DNA of 47,069 nucleotides from Candidatus Omnitrophota bacterium (GTDB lineage Bacteria; Ratteibacteria; UBA8468; MWAK01): the NCBI GenBank assembly GCA_043797665.1, contig JAZDPL010000047.1:1-47069 (forward strand), given 5' to 3'. Below, piece by piece: positions 18,888-27,126 of this stretch. Every line of letters starts with the position of its first letter. Position 1 is the stretch's first letter. The notes beneath the pieces were generated by a model, which was not told where the DNA came from, ran no database searches, and saw only the letters and a program-made list of their open reading frames with translations. Made by a program: the position numbers and the translations under genes.

Positions 18888-19436
18888 ATGGGTAGGCCCG
18901 GAAGACCTGAACGGTCTGCTCTCTTTGTCGGAATGCTCAGCGGCTATCCGGAATTATTTGACGCGGTAACCCGGATTTTAGTGCGAAAGTTTGGGCCGGT
19001 TGACCTGGAGAGTGAGGTTATTCCTTTCGATTTTACCGACTATTACACTTCGGAAATGGGAGCGGGTCTGCAAAGAAAGTTTGTGGCTTTTCAGCGTCCG
19101 ATTCTTCCAGACATGATTTCTGAAATTAAGGTATTTACCAACAGATTAGAGCGGAAGTACAGTCAGGGAGAGAAACGCCGGATTAATCTTGACCCGGGTT
19201 ACCTTACATCGGCTAAGATTGTCCTGGTTTCTACCAAGAATTTCAGCCATCGTATCTATTTGGGAAGAGGTATTTATGCTGAAATAACGTTTATCTGTCA
19301 CAAAGACCGGCTTGAACCACTTCCCTGGACCTATCCGGATTATCGTACCGAAGCCTACCTCAGGTTTTTTCAAGACCTGCGCAAACTTGCGAAAACTATC
19401 AATCATAAAGTAAAATATAGTAATAATATTCAGTGA
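18888..19436 (+). CDS. DUF4416 family protein
   Basis: FDFTDYY..EMG, RRINLDPGYL, STKNFSHRIYLG.GIYAE, WTYPDY. Confidence 0.88.
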   Translation: MGRPGRPERSALFVGMLSGYPELFDAVTRILVRKFGPVDLESEVIPFDFTDYYTSEMGAGLQRKFVAFQRPILPDMISEIKVFTNRLERKYSQGEKRRINLDPGYLTSAKIVLVSTKNFSHRIYLGRGIYAEITFICHKDRLEPLPWTYPDYRTEAYLRFFQDLRKLAKTINHKVKYSNNIQ

Positions 19437-19443
19437 ACCACGT

Positions 19444-19474
19444 GTCATTCCTGCTTACTATCCGCAGGAATGAC
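19444..19474. repeat. Single-hairpin GTCATTCC REP
   Basis: GTCATTCCTGC-TTACTATCC-GCAGGAATGAC. Confidence 0.85.
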
Positions 19475-19521
19475 AAGGAGCGGTACGGTGTTTACTGAAT
19501 ATTTACAGTTTTGTTTTTCAC

Positions 19522-19605
19522 GCCGGAGTGGTGGAAATGGCAGACGCGCTGCGTTCAGGGCGCAGTGGGGGTAACCCCATGGGGGTTCAAATCCCCCCTT
19601 CGGCA
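19522..19605 (+). tRNA. tRNA-Leu (anticodon CAG), CCA not encoded
   Basis: Acceptor GCCGGAG/CTTCGGC, anticodon arm CTGCG-TTCAGGG-CGCAG, long variable arm, GGGGG-TTCAAAT-CCCCC. Confidence 0.95.
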
Positions 19606-19779
19606 CATCCTGACAGGGGGATTTGAAGGGAGCGAAGTCAGGAATTGCGACGAATAGGCAGCAATTCCAGCGGGTGGCCGACCCGGAGCGTAGTGGAGCG
19701 GAGGGCGCCAAATCCCCTTTCCCATCCGAGGGAAAGGGAACCCGCCCCTTCGGCACATCCTGATAAAAGGAGATTTGAA
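19588..19779 (+). repeat. Direct duplication of tRNA 3' end with ~95-bp spacer
   Basis: CAAATCCCCCCTTCGGCACATCCTGA (19588-19613) recurs at 19709-19763, split by a 30-bp element; each copy is followed by GG(G/A)GATTTGAA. Confidence 0.85.
19715..19744 (-). mobile_element. 30-bp element type A in the tRNA duplicate
   Basis: Reverse complement CGGGTT-CCCTTTCCC-TCGGAT-GGGAAAGGG. Confidence 0.85.
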
Positions 19780-19783
19780 ATAT

Positions 19784-20239
19784 ATGAAGAACAAACGAGG
19801 GCCTGTCCCTGCATGTCTTAAACAGGGATTTACGTTACTGGAGTTAATGGTGGTTTTGGTTATCCTTTCCCTTCTGGCGTTGATAGCCTTGCCGCGATTT
19901 TTCAACCGGATTGACGACGCAAAGATAACCACCGCCCGGGTTCAGATACAAAACCTTGAGACCGCGCTGCGTCTTTTCTATTTAGATAACGGTCTTTATC
20001 CTAACACGGACCAGGGATTAAAGGCTCTGGTGGAACGTCCCGGTGATGTCAAAAACTGGCGGGAAGGTGGGTATCTGGAAAAAGGCGCTGTGCCTAAAGA
20101 CCCCTGGACTAATGATTATATATATCGTTCACCGGGCAATGAAAGCCGGGAGTACGATATTATCTGTTGGGGCCGGGACGGAAAAGAAGGCGGGAGCGGA
20201 GTTGATGCGGACATCAAGAGTTGGGAAGAATCGAAGTAG
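19784..20239 (+). CDS. gspG: T2SS major pseudopilin
   Basis: G|FTLLELMVV, YPNTDQGLKALV, GGYL..VPKDPW, GRDGKEGG. Confidence 0.95.
   Translation: MKNKRGPVPACLKQGFTLLELMVVLVILSLLALIALPRFFNRIDDAKITTARVQIQNLETALRLFYLDNGLYPNTDQGLKALVERPGDVKNWREGGYLEKGAVPKDPWTNDYIYRSPGNESREYDIICWGRDGKEGGSGVDADIKSWEESK
19798..19827 (+). mobile_element. 30-bp element type B in gspG leader
   Basis: AGGGCCTGT-CCCTGCATGTCTTAAACAGGG. Confidence 0.75.
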
Positions 20240-20615
20240 GCAGGGGCCTGCCCCTGCATGCTTTAGGCAGGGATTCACTTTAATTGAGATTATGGTGAGT
20301 CTCTTCATTCTTGCCACCGGGTTTATATTTCTTTTGGTCACCGTCCGCCGGGGTTTAACCCTTTCGGAAATGTCTCGGACGGAATTCCAATCTTCTCTTG
20401 CCGGAGAGACAATGCTCAGCGGGTTACCTTATTATGGAATCAGCCCTGATTCCGGTACGGCATGGAAAAGCGAGGAGGTTATGCTTCGTCCCGGACTGAA
20501 GGTGATTCTTTTGTCTGATGAGGGCAGGAAGCCAGGTACAAAACTATGGGTAAGCAGACTGGAGGTAGAAGAACCGGGCCAGTCCCTGCAAGAAGTAGGC
20601 AGGGATTCACCCTGA
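20205..20615 (+). CDS. Minor pseudopilin (GspI-like)
   Basis: G|FTLIEIMVSL; ATG 20205 with GGAG upstream, overlapping the gspG end. Confidence 0.75.
   Translation: MRTSRVGKNRSRQGPAPACFRQGFTLIEIMVSLFILATGFIFLLVTVRRGLTLSEMSRTEFQSSLAGETMLSGLPYYGISPDSGTAWKSEEVMLRPGLKVILLSDEGRKPGTKLWVSRLEVEEPGQSLQEVGRDSP
20243..20272 (+). mobile_element. 30-bp element type B in GspI-like leader
   Basis: GGGGCCTGC-CCCTGCATGCTTTAGGCAGGG, preceded by a partial AAGTAGGCAGGG. Confidence 0.8.
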
Positions 20616-21208
20616 TTGAAGTCCTCCTTACCACCTTTTTAGTACTTCTCATTTCCGGTCTCATCTTCAGCAGTTTTTTTATACCGACGCGGGCGGTTCG
20701 TTCCGCCAAGTCAAACCTGAAAAATACCGAAGAACCGGCGGTTTTCCTCAGCCGGATTTCCGAAGAAATTGCGGCGGCTTACCCTGATGATTACTCTTTT
20801 TCCGGTACCGAAGATTCTTTGTGGTTTCTCTCGGCGGCCGGCACAAATTTAGGTTTAGAGAAGGTAAAGTACGTTGTGGAAAGGGCGCCGGCAGAAGAAA
20901 GAGTGATTGTGTACCGCCGGTCCGGCCCTCCTTATTCTGCGGAAGATTCCAAAAACAAAGTACCGGTGACAGAAGAAAAGGGAAGTCCGGTCCTGCAGGC
21001 GGAGAGTTTAAAATTCAGTTATTATGACGGCAAAGAGTGGCAGAAAGAGTGGACCGGAAAGAGGATGCCTCCCCTGGTTTCGGTTGACCTCTTCCGGAAA
21101 GGACAGGGGTTCCAGGTCTTTTGCCGGCCGCGGGCAGGTATTAGTTCTGATATTAGTTCTGATAGCAGTCCTGGCAGTGGTTACGGTGGAACTTCTTCTC
21201 TTCCTTAA
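20546..21208 (+). CDS. Minor pseudopilin GspJ-like
   Basis: G|FTLIEVLL, C-terminal FSYYDGKEWQKEW...PPLV. Confidence 0.8.
   Translation: MGKQTGGRRTGPVPARSRQGFTLIEVLLTTFLVLLISGLIFSSFFIPTRAVRSAKSNLKNTEEPAVFLSRISEEIAAAYPDDYSFSGTEDSLWFLSAAGTNLGLEKVKYVVERAPAEERVIVYRRSGPPYSAEDSKNKVPVTEEKGSPVLQAESLKFSYYDGKEWQKEWTGKRMPPLVSVDLFRKGQGFQVFCRPRAGISSDISSDSSPGSGYGGTSSLP
20575..20604 (+). mobile_element. 30-bp element type B in GspJ-like leader
   Basis: CGGGCCAGT-CCCTGCAAGAAGTAGGCAGGG. Confidence 0.8.
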
Positions 21209-22127
21209 GCCCAGGCTGAAACTTTCTCATGAACTTCTTCAGCGGACGACCCTGGGAAGTGCTGCGGCTACCGGAATTGATTATGCCCGGGCGGTCCTGA
21301 TGGAAGATTATAAAAACGGTGAGGTAGATTCTTTGGAAGAAGAATGGTCAAAAGAGATTAACTACCAATTGGATACGGTTACCGTAAAAGTAAAGATTGA
21401 GGACGAAGAACGTAAGTTCCCGATTCTTTTTCTGGTGGAAGGGGTGGAAGCCGATTCCACGGTTAGACCGGGTGAGGAATCTTCGGAAGAAGGGGTATCA
21501 GAAATCGGCGTAAAGGGTTTAAAGATAAGTGAAGCGGGCTGTGCCGCATTTGAGGAACTACTCCATAAGGTAGGACTACCTCCGGGTTGGTCCAAGGAGG
21601 CGGTGGATTCTTTAGCCGACTGGATTGACGGTGATGATTCCAGCCGTTCGTTTGGTGCCGAAAAGGAATACTATCTTATTTCCGGTTATCAACCCCGGAA
21701 CGGTTTACCGCAGACACTGGGTGAACTTTATCTGATAAAAGGTTTTAGTCCTGAAGTAACTAAAGCGGTACTGCCTTATCTTTCCACCTTTTCCGGCAAA
21801 GTAAATATCAATACCGCTGACCCCAAGGTGTTAGAAGTCCTGAGTCCGGACGAAAGTCTGCCGGTCTATTTCCTGGTGAATAATCGCCCGTACAACTCGG
21901 TAAGCGAAGCGATTAAACTTGCTCAGTCTGCTCCAAAATCTTATAATAAATTGGAAAAGTATTTAGACGTAAAAAGTTCGTTCTTTTCGGTCTGGTCTAC
22001 CGCCTCTGATGTTGCCGGACATACCGAAACGGTCTACGCTGTTTTGAAAAGAGATGAAAAAGAAGTCAAGTCTATTTACTATCTTCAAACCAAAGCCGGT
22101 AGCCAGCCTGTTGCTGGAAGAGACTGA
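21024..22127 (+). CDS. gspK: T2SS minor pseudopilin GspK
   Basis: RG|QVLVLIL, DSLEEEW, IEDEERK, LADWIDGD, GKVNINTA; start uncertain (ATG 21024 or TTG 21084). Confidence 0.88.
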   Translation: MTAKSGRKSGPERGCLPWFRLTSSGKDRGSRSFAGRGQVLVLILVLIAVLAVVTVELLLFLKPRLKLSHELLQRTTLGSAAATGIDYARAVLMEDYKNGEVDSLEEEWSKEINYQLDTVTVKVKIEDEERKFPILFLVEGVEADSTVRPGEESSEEGVSEIGVKGLKISEAGCAAFEELLHKVGLPPGWSKEAVDSLADWIDGDDSSRSFGAEKEYYLISGYQPRNGLPQTLGELYLIKGFSPEVTKAVLPYLSTFSGKVNINTADPKVLEVLSPDESLPVYFLVNNRPYNSVSEAIKLAQSAPKSYNKLEKYLDVKSSFFSVWSTASDVAGHTETVYAVLKRDEKEVKSIYYLQTKAGSQPVAGRD

Positions 22128-23304
22128 AGCGTCGCTTACGCTGCGGTCAGGCTGGTTTACCCCCAGGGAAGTCCGTCAGGAGTTCCGGGCGGAGAATTTT
22201 GAAGACCTTCTGGGTAAAGTTAAGGAACGTCTTCAGGCAAATCCTCCCTGTCGTCTGACCGTTCTGCTGAACCATTCTTTTTTTCTGGAAAGGACGTTAT
22301 TCTTTCCATTCTCAAAGAAGAGACTGATCGCGCTGGTTTTGCCGGAAGAATTGGAATCCCTCCTGCCTTCACCCCTTTCCGAATATCTTTACGGATTTAT
22401 CGTCCCCGAAGAGCCGCATCTTCCGGTAACGGTTATTTTACTCCCGGTTAAAACCTGGCATCTGCTGAAAGAAACCTTTCAGCCTTTCCGGTGGAAGATC
22501 AGACCCGGTGACCTGCTTTTAAACCGGCACCCGGCGGTTAAAGGTAAGGGGAATGTCCTCATTTTAGTAAAACGAAGAAACCAGGCGAGAATTATTCTGT
22601 TTCAAAAAGGCAAATTTGTTACGGGCCGCAGTTTTCTGTTTACTCGCGAAAACTATGAACAACGTTTATCTGAAGAGAGCAGGTTCTTTCTTCGGTCCAA
22701 CCGGCTTCCCGAAGATTTAAAACCGGTTGAGGTCTATCCGGACGAAAGGTTAGCGTTATCCTTTGTTTTTCGGTCTCAGGATTTTTCTTTCCGGACTCAA
22801 TCGATAATCTCTTTCTGGTCAAGGACTTCTACGGTATACGCATTTTCCCTCGTGAGCCTGGCGATACTCGGGATTTTCTCTTTCCTTTCTTTTCACGCCA
22901 GGAATACCGCTTCCCTTTCCTATCAGAAGGTTAATGACGAACTGCGGCGGCAGGAAACCTTTTTCCCGGCGGGAGATATTCCCCTGAGTGATTTATTTTC
23001 CGACCGGACGATGCGCACAATGTTACAGGGTAACCTTTCACCGTTAGAAACGCTCAATGCCTTCACGGAATCCCTTCCCGCCGACCTTCCCCTGATTCTC
23101 AATTACCTGACGGTTGACCGGGAGAAGATGACCATTAACGGAACCCTCAACTCACCTTCTCAGGTTGACCGGCTGTTGGAAAGTTTGCTCTCCTCAGGAC
23201 ATTTCAAGGAACCGGTCCTGGGAGAATTGAAATTAGAAACCGGAACGGTAAAGTTCCCCCTGACCGTCAAAATACAGCCGGCAGAAGTTAAAGCCAATAA
23301 GTGA
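22054..23304 (+). CDS. GspL/PilN-like assembly platform protein
   Basis: Position after gspK, single TM, C-terminal PilN-like domain (MTING...L.SSGHFKEP). Confidence 0.65.
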   Translation: MKKKSSLFTIFKPKPVASLLLEETEASLTLRSGWFTPREVRQEFRAENFEDLLGKVKERLQANPPCRLTVLLNHSFFLERTLFFPFSKKRLIALVLPEELESLLPSPLSEYLYGFIVPEEPHLPVTVILLPVKTWHLLKETFQPFRWKIRPGDLLLNRHPAVKGKGNVLILVKRRNQARIILFQKGKFVTGRSFLFTRENYEQRLSEESRFFLRSNRLPEDLKPVEVYPDERLALSFVFRSQDFSFRTQSIISFWSRTSTVYAFSLVSLAILGIFSFLSFHARNTASLSYQKVNDELRRQETFFPAGDIPLSDLFSDRTMRTMLQGNLSPLETLNAFTESLPADLPLILNYLTVDREKMTINGTLNSPSQVDRLLESLLSSGHFKEPVLGELKLETGTVKFPLTVKIQPAEVKANK

Positions 23305-23328
23305 TAATACAAACGCAAAAAGTAATTT

Positions 23329-23414
23329 GTCATTCCCGTATGCATTAAACGGGAATCTACATCCTTGATTAAGTCTGTAAGACTGGATTCCCACTTACTA
23401 TCCGTGGGAATGAC
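23329..23414. repeat. GTCATTCC-type REP doublet
   Basis: GTCATTCCCGT...ACGGGAATCT / TGGATTCCCAC...GTGGGAATGAC. Confidence 0.9.
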
Positions 23415-23446
23415 AGAATAAAACATAGCAGCTTTTTTAGCCAATT

Positions 23447-23941
23447 ATGAAGAAGTTAGATAAGCGGGTCTATATTCTGGGCATAGTATTTCTTTATATT
23501 CTGGTGATACGTTTGGTAATTATGCCTAATTATAAAGCGGCGAAGAGATGGCAAAGGGAGACTTCCGTTTTAAACCAGAAGATGAACTCTCTGTCTATCC
23601 TGAATTCCCAATATCAACAAATCTACCCCTCTTTAAAAGCGGTCCTGCAGAAAGAAGACTTCACCGGTCTTCTTTCTAAGATTCAAAACCAGGCTCAGAA
23701 ATTAGGCCTTTCGGAAAATCTGAAAACTGCGGTACCGGTGGTTCGCGAACTGAATTCCCGGTTCCGGGCCGAAGGGTACGAGTTGCGTTTAGAGAGAGTA
23801 AACCTCAAGGAAATAATACTTCTTCTGAGTGTCCTTGAAAAGGAAGGAGGGATTTGTTTGGACCGGCTGGTTCTGGAAAAGAGTAAGGACGGTATGAGCC
23901 TTTCGGCACGGATTCGTCTTCTCACCATAAAAAGACTGTGA
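23447..23941 (+). CDS. GspM/PilO-like protein
   Basis: N-terminal TM, coiled coil, ELRLERVNLKEIILLL; follows GspL-like gene. Confidence 0.6.
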   Translation: MKKLDKRVYILGIVFLYILVIRLVIMPNYKAAKRWQRETSVLNQKMNSLSILNSQYQQIYPSLKAVLQKEDFTGLLSKIQNQAQKLGLSENLKTAVPVVRELNSRFRAEGYELRLERVNLKEIILLLSVLEKEGGICLDRLVLEKSKDGMSLSARIRLLTIKRL

Positions 23942-25041
23942 AGATTTTCATTTCTACGGCTGACCGTTCCGGAGATTTCCACGGTGCCTTGCTGGCGGCT
24001 GCCCTGAAAAAAGAAAATCCACAGGTTGACCTCTGTGGAGTGGGCGGTGAATTGATGGCAAAGGAGGGAGTCCGGATTCTGGTTAACCCGGTTTCCCGGG
24101 CGGTGATAGGTTTTTTTGAGGTTTTGCGTTCACTGCCTGACTGGAAAAAATTCCTCCAATCAGCGGTAGCCGGAGCAATTCAGGAACAACCGGACCGGAT
24201 TGTTTTAATCGATTCACCCGGTTTTAATTTTCGTTTGGCACGGAGATTGAAAAGCGAAAAATTTCATTTTGTTTACTACATCAGCCCCCAGGTCTGGGCG
24301 TGGGGAAAAGAGAGGGTGTCAGAAATCGCTTCCTTCTGTAAAAAAGTGATAGTAATATTCCCCTTTGAAAAAGAGATATACCAAAAGGCGGATGTTCCGT
24401 CTATTTTTGTCGGGCATCCCTTTTTAGATGTGGTAAAACCAACACTTAACCGTACCGAAGCCTGCCGTTTCTTCGGTCTTTCACCGGGAAGACCGGTATT
24501 ACTGCTTTTGCCGGGAAGCCGGCACTCAGAGGTAAAGAGTCTTTTTCCGTTAATGTCCGAAGTATCTCAGAGATTGGCGCAAAGATATCCGGTTCAGGTA
24601 GTTGCTTATTCAGCCAGTACTGAGATTGCGCAATATCTGTCAGCCGTAAAAGGGGTTCAAATAATAGACGGAGGCGATAAGTACAGCCTCTTTTCACTGG
24701 CTGACTGTGCCCTGGCTGCCTCCGGAAGTGTAACCCTGGAACTGACCCTTCTTTCGGTGCCGTTCGTGCTCCTGTACCGGCTTTCTGCGGCTACCTATTT
24801 ATTCTTGCGGCCGAGGGTTCACGTACCCTATGCCGGCATCACCAATATCTTAGCCGGTAAAGAGATAGTACCGGAATTCATCCAGTACCGTTGTCGTTCC
24901 GGACTCATCCTGCAAGAAGTCGGGAGTATCCTGAAAGACGAAAACCGCCGGGAATTGATGAAAAAGAATATGGAACAGGTAAAAGCCCTGTTAGGTGAAC
25001 CGGGCGCCCCGCTTCGCGCGGCACAAGAGATTCTAAACTGA
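23938..25041 (+). CDS. lpxB: Lipid-A-disaccharide synthase
   Basis: SGDFHGA, IDSPGFN, YISPQVWAW, FPFE, VGHP, LLPGSR, ASGSVTLE. Confidence 0.96.
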   Translation: MKIFISTADRSGDFHGALLAAALKKENPQVDLCGVGGELMAKEGVRILVNPVSRAVIGFFEVLRSLPDWKKFLQSAVAGAIQEQPDRIVLIDSPGFNFRLARRLKSEKFHFVYYISPQVWAWGKERVSEIASFCKKVIVIFPFEKEIYQKADVPSIFVGHPFLDVVKPTLNRTEACRFFGLSPGRPVLLLLPGSRHSEVKSLFPLMSEVSQRLAQRYPVQVVAYSASTEIAQYLSAVKGVQIIDGGDKYSLFSLADCALAASGSVTLELTLLSVPFVLLYRLSAATYLFLRPRVHVPYAGITNILAGKEIVPEFIQYRCRSGLILQEVGSILKDENRRELMKKNMEQVKALLGEPGAPLRAAQEILN

Positions 25042-25056
25042 CAGCCAACAATGGCT

Positions 25057-25132
25057 GTCATTCCTGCGGATTGTTAGCAGGAATCCAGTTTGTACAGAGA
25101 TTGGATTCCCGCTAAAGGCATGCGGGAATGAC
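25057..25132. repeat. GTCATTCC-type REP doublet
   Basis: GTCATTCCTGC...GCAGGAATCCA / TGGATTCCCGC...GCGGGAATGAC. Confidence 0.9.
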
Positions 25133-25147
25133 ATAATAAATAGTCAA

Positions 25148-26965
25148 ATGAGAGAGTTCTGGCAGAACCTGCGGCGGCTGAACCGGTACATCCAGGTGCC
25201 CTGGAAGTTATTATTGATAAGCGTCGTCTTGATGGCGGTAAATTCTTTATTAAGCGGTTTTTCCCTCACCACGATCGGACCTTTGCTGGACAGAGTATTT
25301 AATAAGGTCTCTTTTGAATTACCCGCGACTTTGCCCGGTTTTTTGCAGTCTCTTCTCTCCGGTCTGGTGGTTACCATTAACCGTCTGGAACCGCTGGTTC
25401 TTTTGCGAAATGTCCTGATAATTTTAGTCGTCATACTTCTGATTCGCAGTCTCTTTATGTATCAGGAATCTTATCTGACCAACAGATTCTCTTTACAAAT
25501 AATCAAACAGTTACGGGTCAGAATATTTGAAAAATACCTTTTGGTGCCGATTGCAGAAAGCCAGAAGAAACGGGTGGGTGAACGCCTGGCGCATTTCACT
25601 TATGACATCAGTTTGTTAAACGGGGCTTTAAGCAATTACCTGCCCAAGTTAATCTTTAATACTCTGCAGGCGGTGGTCTATTTCAGCATCCTTGTTCTGA
25701 TTAACTGGCGGCTGACGTTCCTTACCGTTTTTATCTTTCCTGCTTTTGCCCTGTCCTTATTCTTGATTGGCCGCCGTATCCGCAAATTGACCACCGAAGG
25801 ACAGGTTTCCATCGGCCGATTAAACAGTTTTATCCAGGAAGGTCTGACTAACCTGCCCGTGGTTAAAGCATTCGTGGCTGAGAAGCGGGAGAAAGAGCGT
25901 TTTGAAAAAGAGAATCGAAATTTCTTTAAAATTTCCTTAAAGAGTGTCCGGCGTTACGCGGCCCTTTCCCAGATTACTGAAATTATCGTTATGATTGCCG
26001 GTGTACTTCTGGTCTATTTTGGGGCACGGGAAGTAGTAGCCGGTATTTTGAAGAGCGGTTCATTTTTAGTTTTCATTGCCGCCCTGTTTTCCCTCTTTGC
26101 ACCGCTGAAGACCGTGGTCAATAACCTGGGTAGCCTTCAGCAGGCATCCGCGGTCTTTCCCAGAGTATACGGCGTTCTGGAAGAGAAAGAGGAAGAGGAT
26201 ACCGGTAAAAAAGTCCTTTCCGGTCTGCATTCTGAAATTCGTTTTGAGGACGTTTCCTTCGGTTACGGCAAACGAACAATCCTCAACCCTGTTTCTTTTT
26301 CCTTGGGTAAGGGTAAACGGGTGGGCGTGGTTGGTGAAAGCGGGGTAGGTAAAACCACCCTGATTAACCTCATTTTGCGTTTCTACCATCCCTCCCAGGG
26401 AAGAATTATCGTTGACGGTATTCCGATTTCGGAATTTACTCTTGCCAGTTACCGTAAAATATTCGGTCTGGTAACCCAGGAACCGCTTCTTTTTAATGAT
26501 ACGATGGCAAACAATATCACCTACGGTGAGCCTGCCGCTGCGATGGAAGATATTATCCGGGCGGCCCAGGTTGCCAACATCCATTCTTTTATTGAGAGCC
26601 TGCCGCATGGTTATCAGACCGTTATCGGCGAGCGGGGGGTTCTGCTTTCCGGCGGCGAGAGGCAGAGGCTGGCTTTAGCCCGGGCGGTTTTGACCAACCC
26701 TGAGGTTTTACTTCTGGACGAGGCGACCAGTAACCTTGACTCGGAATCCGAGAGGTTACTCCAGGAAGCGCTGGATAAAATAATGGTCGGCCGGACCTGT
26801 CTGGTAATTGCGCACCGGCTTTCCACTCTTCAGAACAGCGACTGGATAATCGTTCTGGAGAAAGGAAAGATTGCGGAAGAAGGTACCCACGCAGATTTGA
26901 TGACCCGGCAGGGACGATACTACTATTTCTACACCCTGCAGAAGAGTCCTTCTAAACCCGTTTGA
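25148..26965 (+). CDS. MsbA-like ABC exporter (TMD+NBD)
   Basis: TM domain, GESGVGKT, LSGGERQR, DEATS; adjacent to lpxB. Confidence 0.88.
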   Translation: MREFWQNLRRLNRYIQVPWKLLLISVVLMAVNSLLSGFSLTTIGPLLDRVFNKVSFELPATLPGFLQSLLSGLVVTINRLEPLVLLRNVLIILVVILLIRSLFMYQESYLTNRFSLQIIKQLRVRIFEKYLLVPIAESQKKRVGERLAHFTYDISLLNGALSNYLPKLIFNTLQAVVYFSILVLINWRLTFLTVFIFPAFALSLFLIGRRIRKLTTEGQVSIGRLNSFIQEGLTNLPVVKAFVAEKREKERFEKENRNFFKISLKSVRRYAALSQITEIIVMIAGVLLVYFGAREVVAGILKSGSFLVFIAALFSLFAPLKTVVNNLGSLQQASAVFPRVYGVLEEKEEEDTGKKVLSGLHSEIRFEDVSFGYGKRTILNPVSFSLGKGKRVGVVGESGVGKTTLINLILRFYHPSQGRIIVDGIPISEFTLASYRKIFGLVTQEPLLFNDTMANNITYGEPAAAMEDIIRAAQVANIHSFIESLPHGYQTVIGERGVLLSGGERQRLALARAVLTNPEVLLLDEATSNLDSESERLLQEALDKIMVGRTCLVIAHRLSTLQNSDWIIVLEKGKIAEEGTHADLMTRQGRYYYFYTLQKSPSKPV

Positions 26966-27002
26966 CATAAGGTTGGGTAGCCTGCGTGTGAAAACAGGAA
27001 CT

Positions 27003-27072
27003 GTAGGGTAAGGCTTCAGCTTTGCAAAATCTCCCTGTATCCCCCTTTTGCAAAGGGGGATTGAAAGGGATT
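27003..27072. repeat. GTAG single REP plus CCCCT/AAGGGG-type palindrome
   Basis: GTAGGGTAAGGCTTCAGCTTTGC (cf. 34383) then AAATCTCCCTGTATCCCCCTTTTGCAAAGGGGGATTGAAAGGGATT (cf. 37835). Confidence 0.8.
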
Positions 27073-27126
27073 AGAAGGTTTGCCCTACTGATTTTTAAAA
27101 TTTTTGTAACCTTGAAAGGAGCGGAG

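Noticed and set aside
19445..19932. Minus-strand ORFs with repeated IRMCRRG/VRMCRRG peptides
   Set aside because: Artefact of translating the tRNA and its duplicated 3' end.
21136..21170. Tandem TATTAGTTCTGA repeat
   Set aside because: Only about two copies, encoding the hydrophobic VLVLILVLI helix of GspK; low-complexity coding sequence.
19606..23941. T2SS cluster as a tRNA-integrated genomic island
   Set aside because: The att-like duplicate closes at 19763, before gspG; no integrase and no distal att copy seen.
27022..27126. N-terminal extension of the second Gfo/Idh/MocA ORF as another in-frame repeat
   Set aside because: A good SD precedes ATG 27127, so the palindrome is most likely intergenic.
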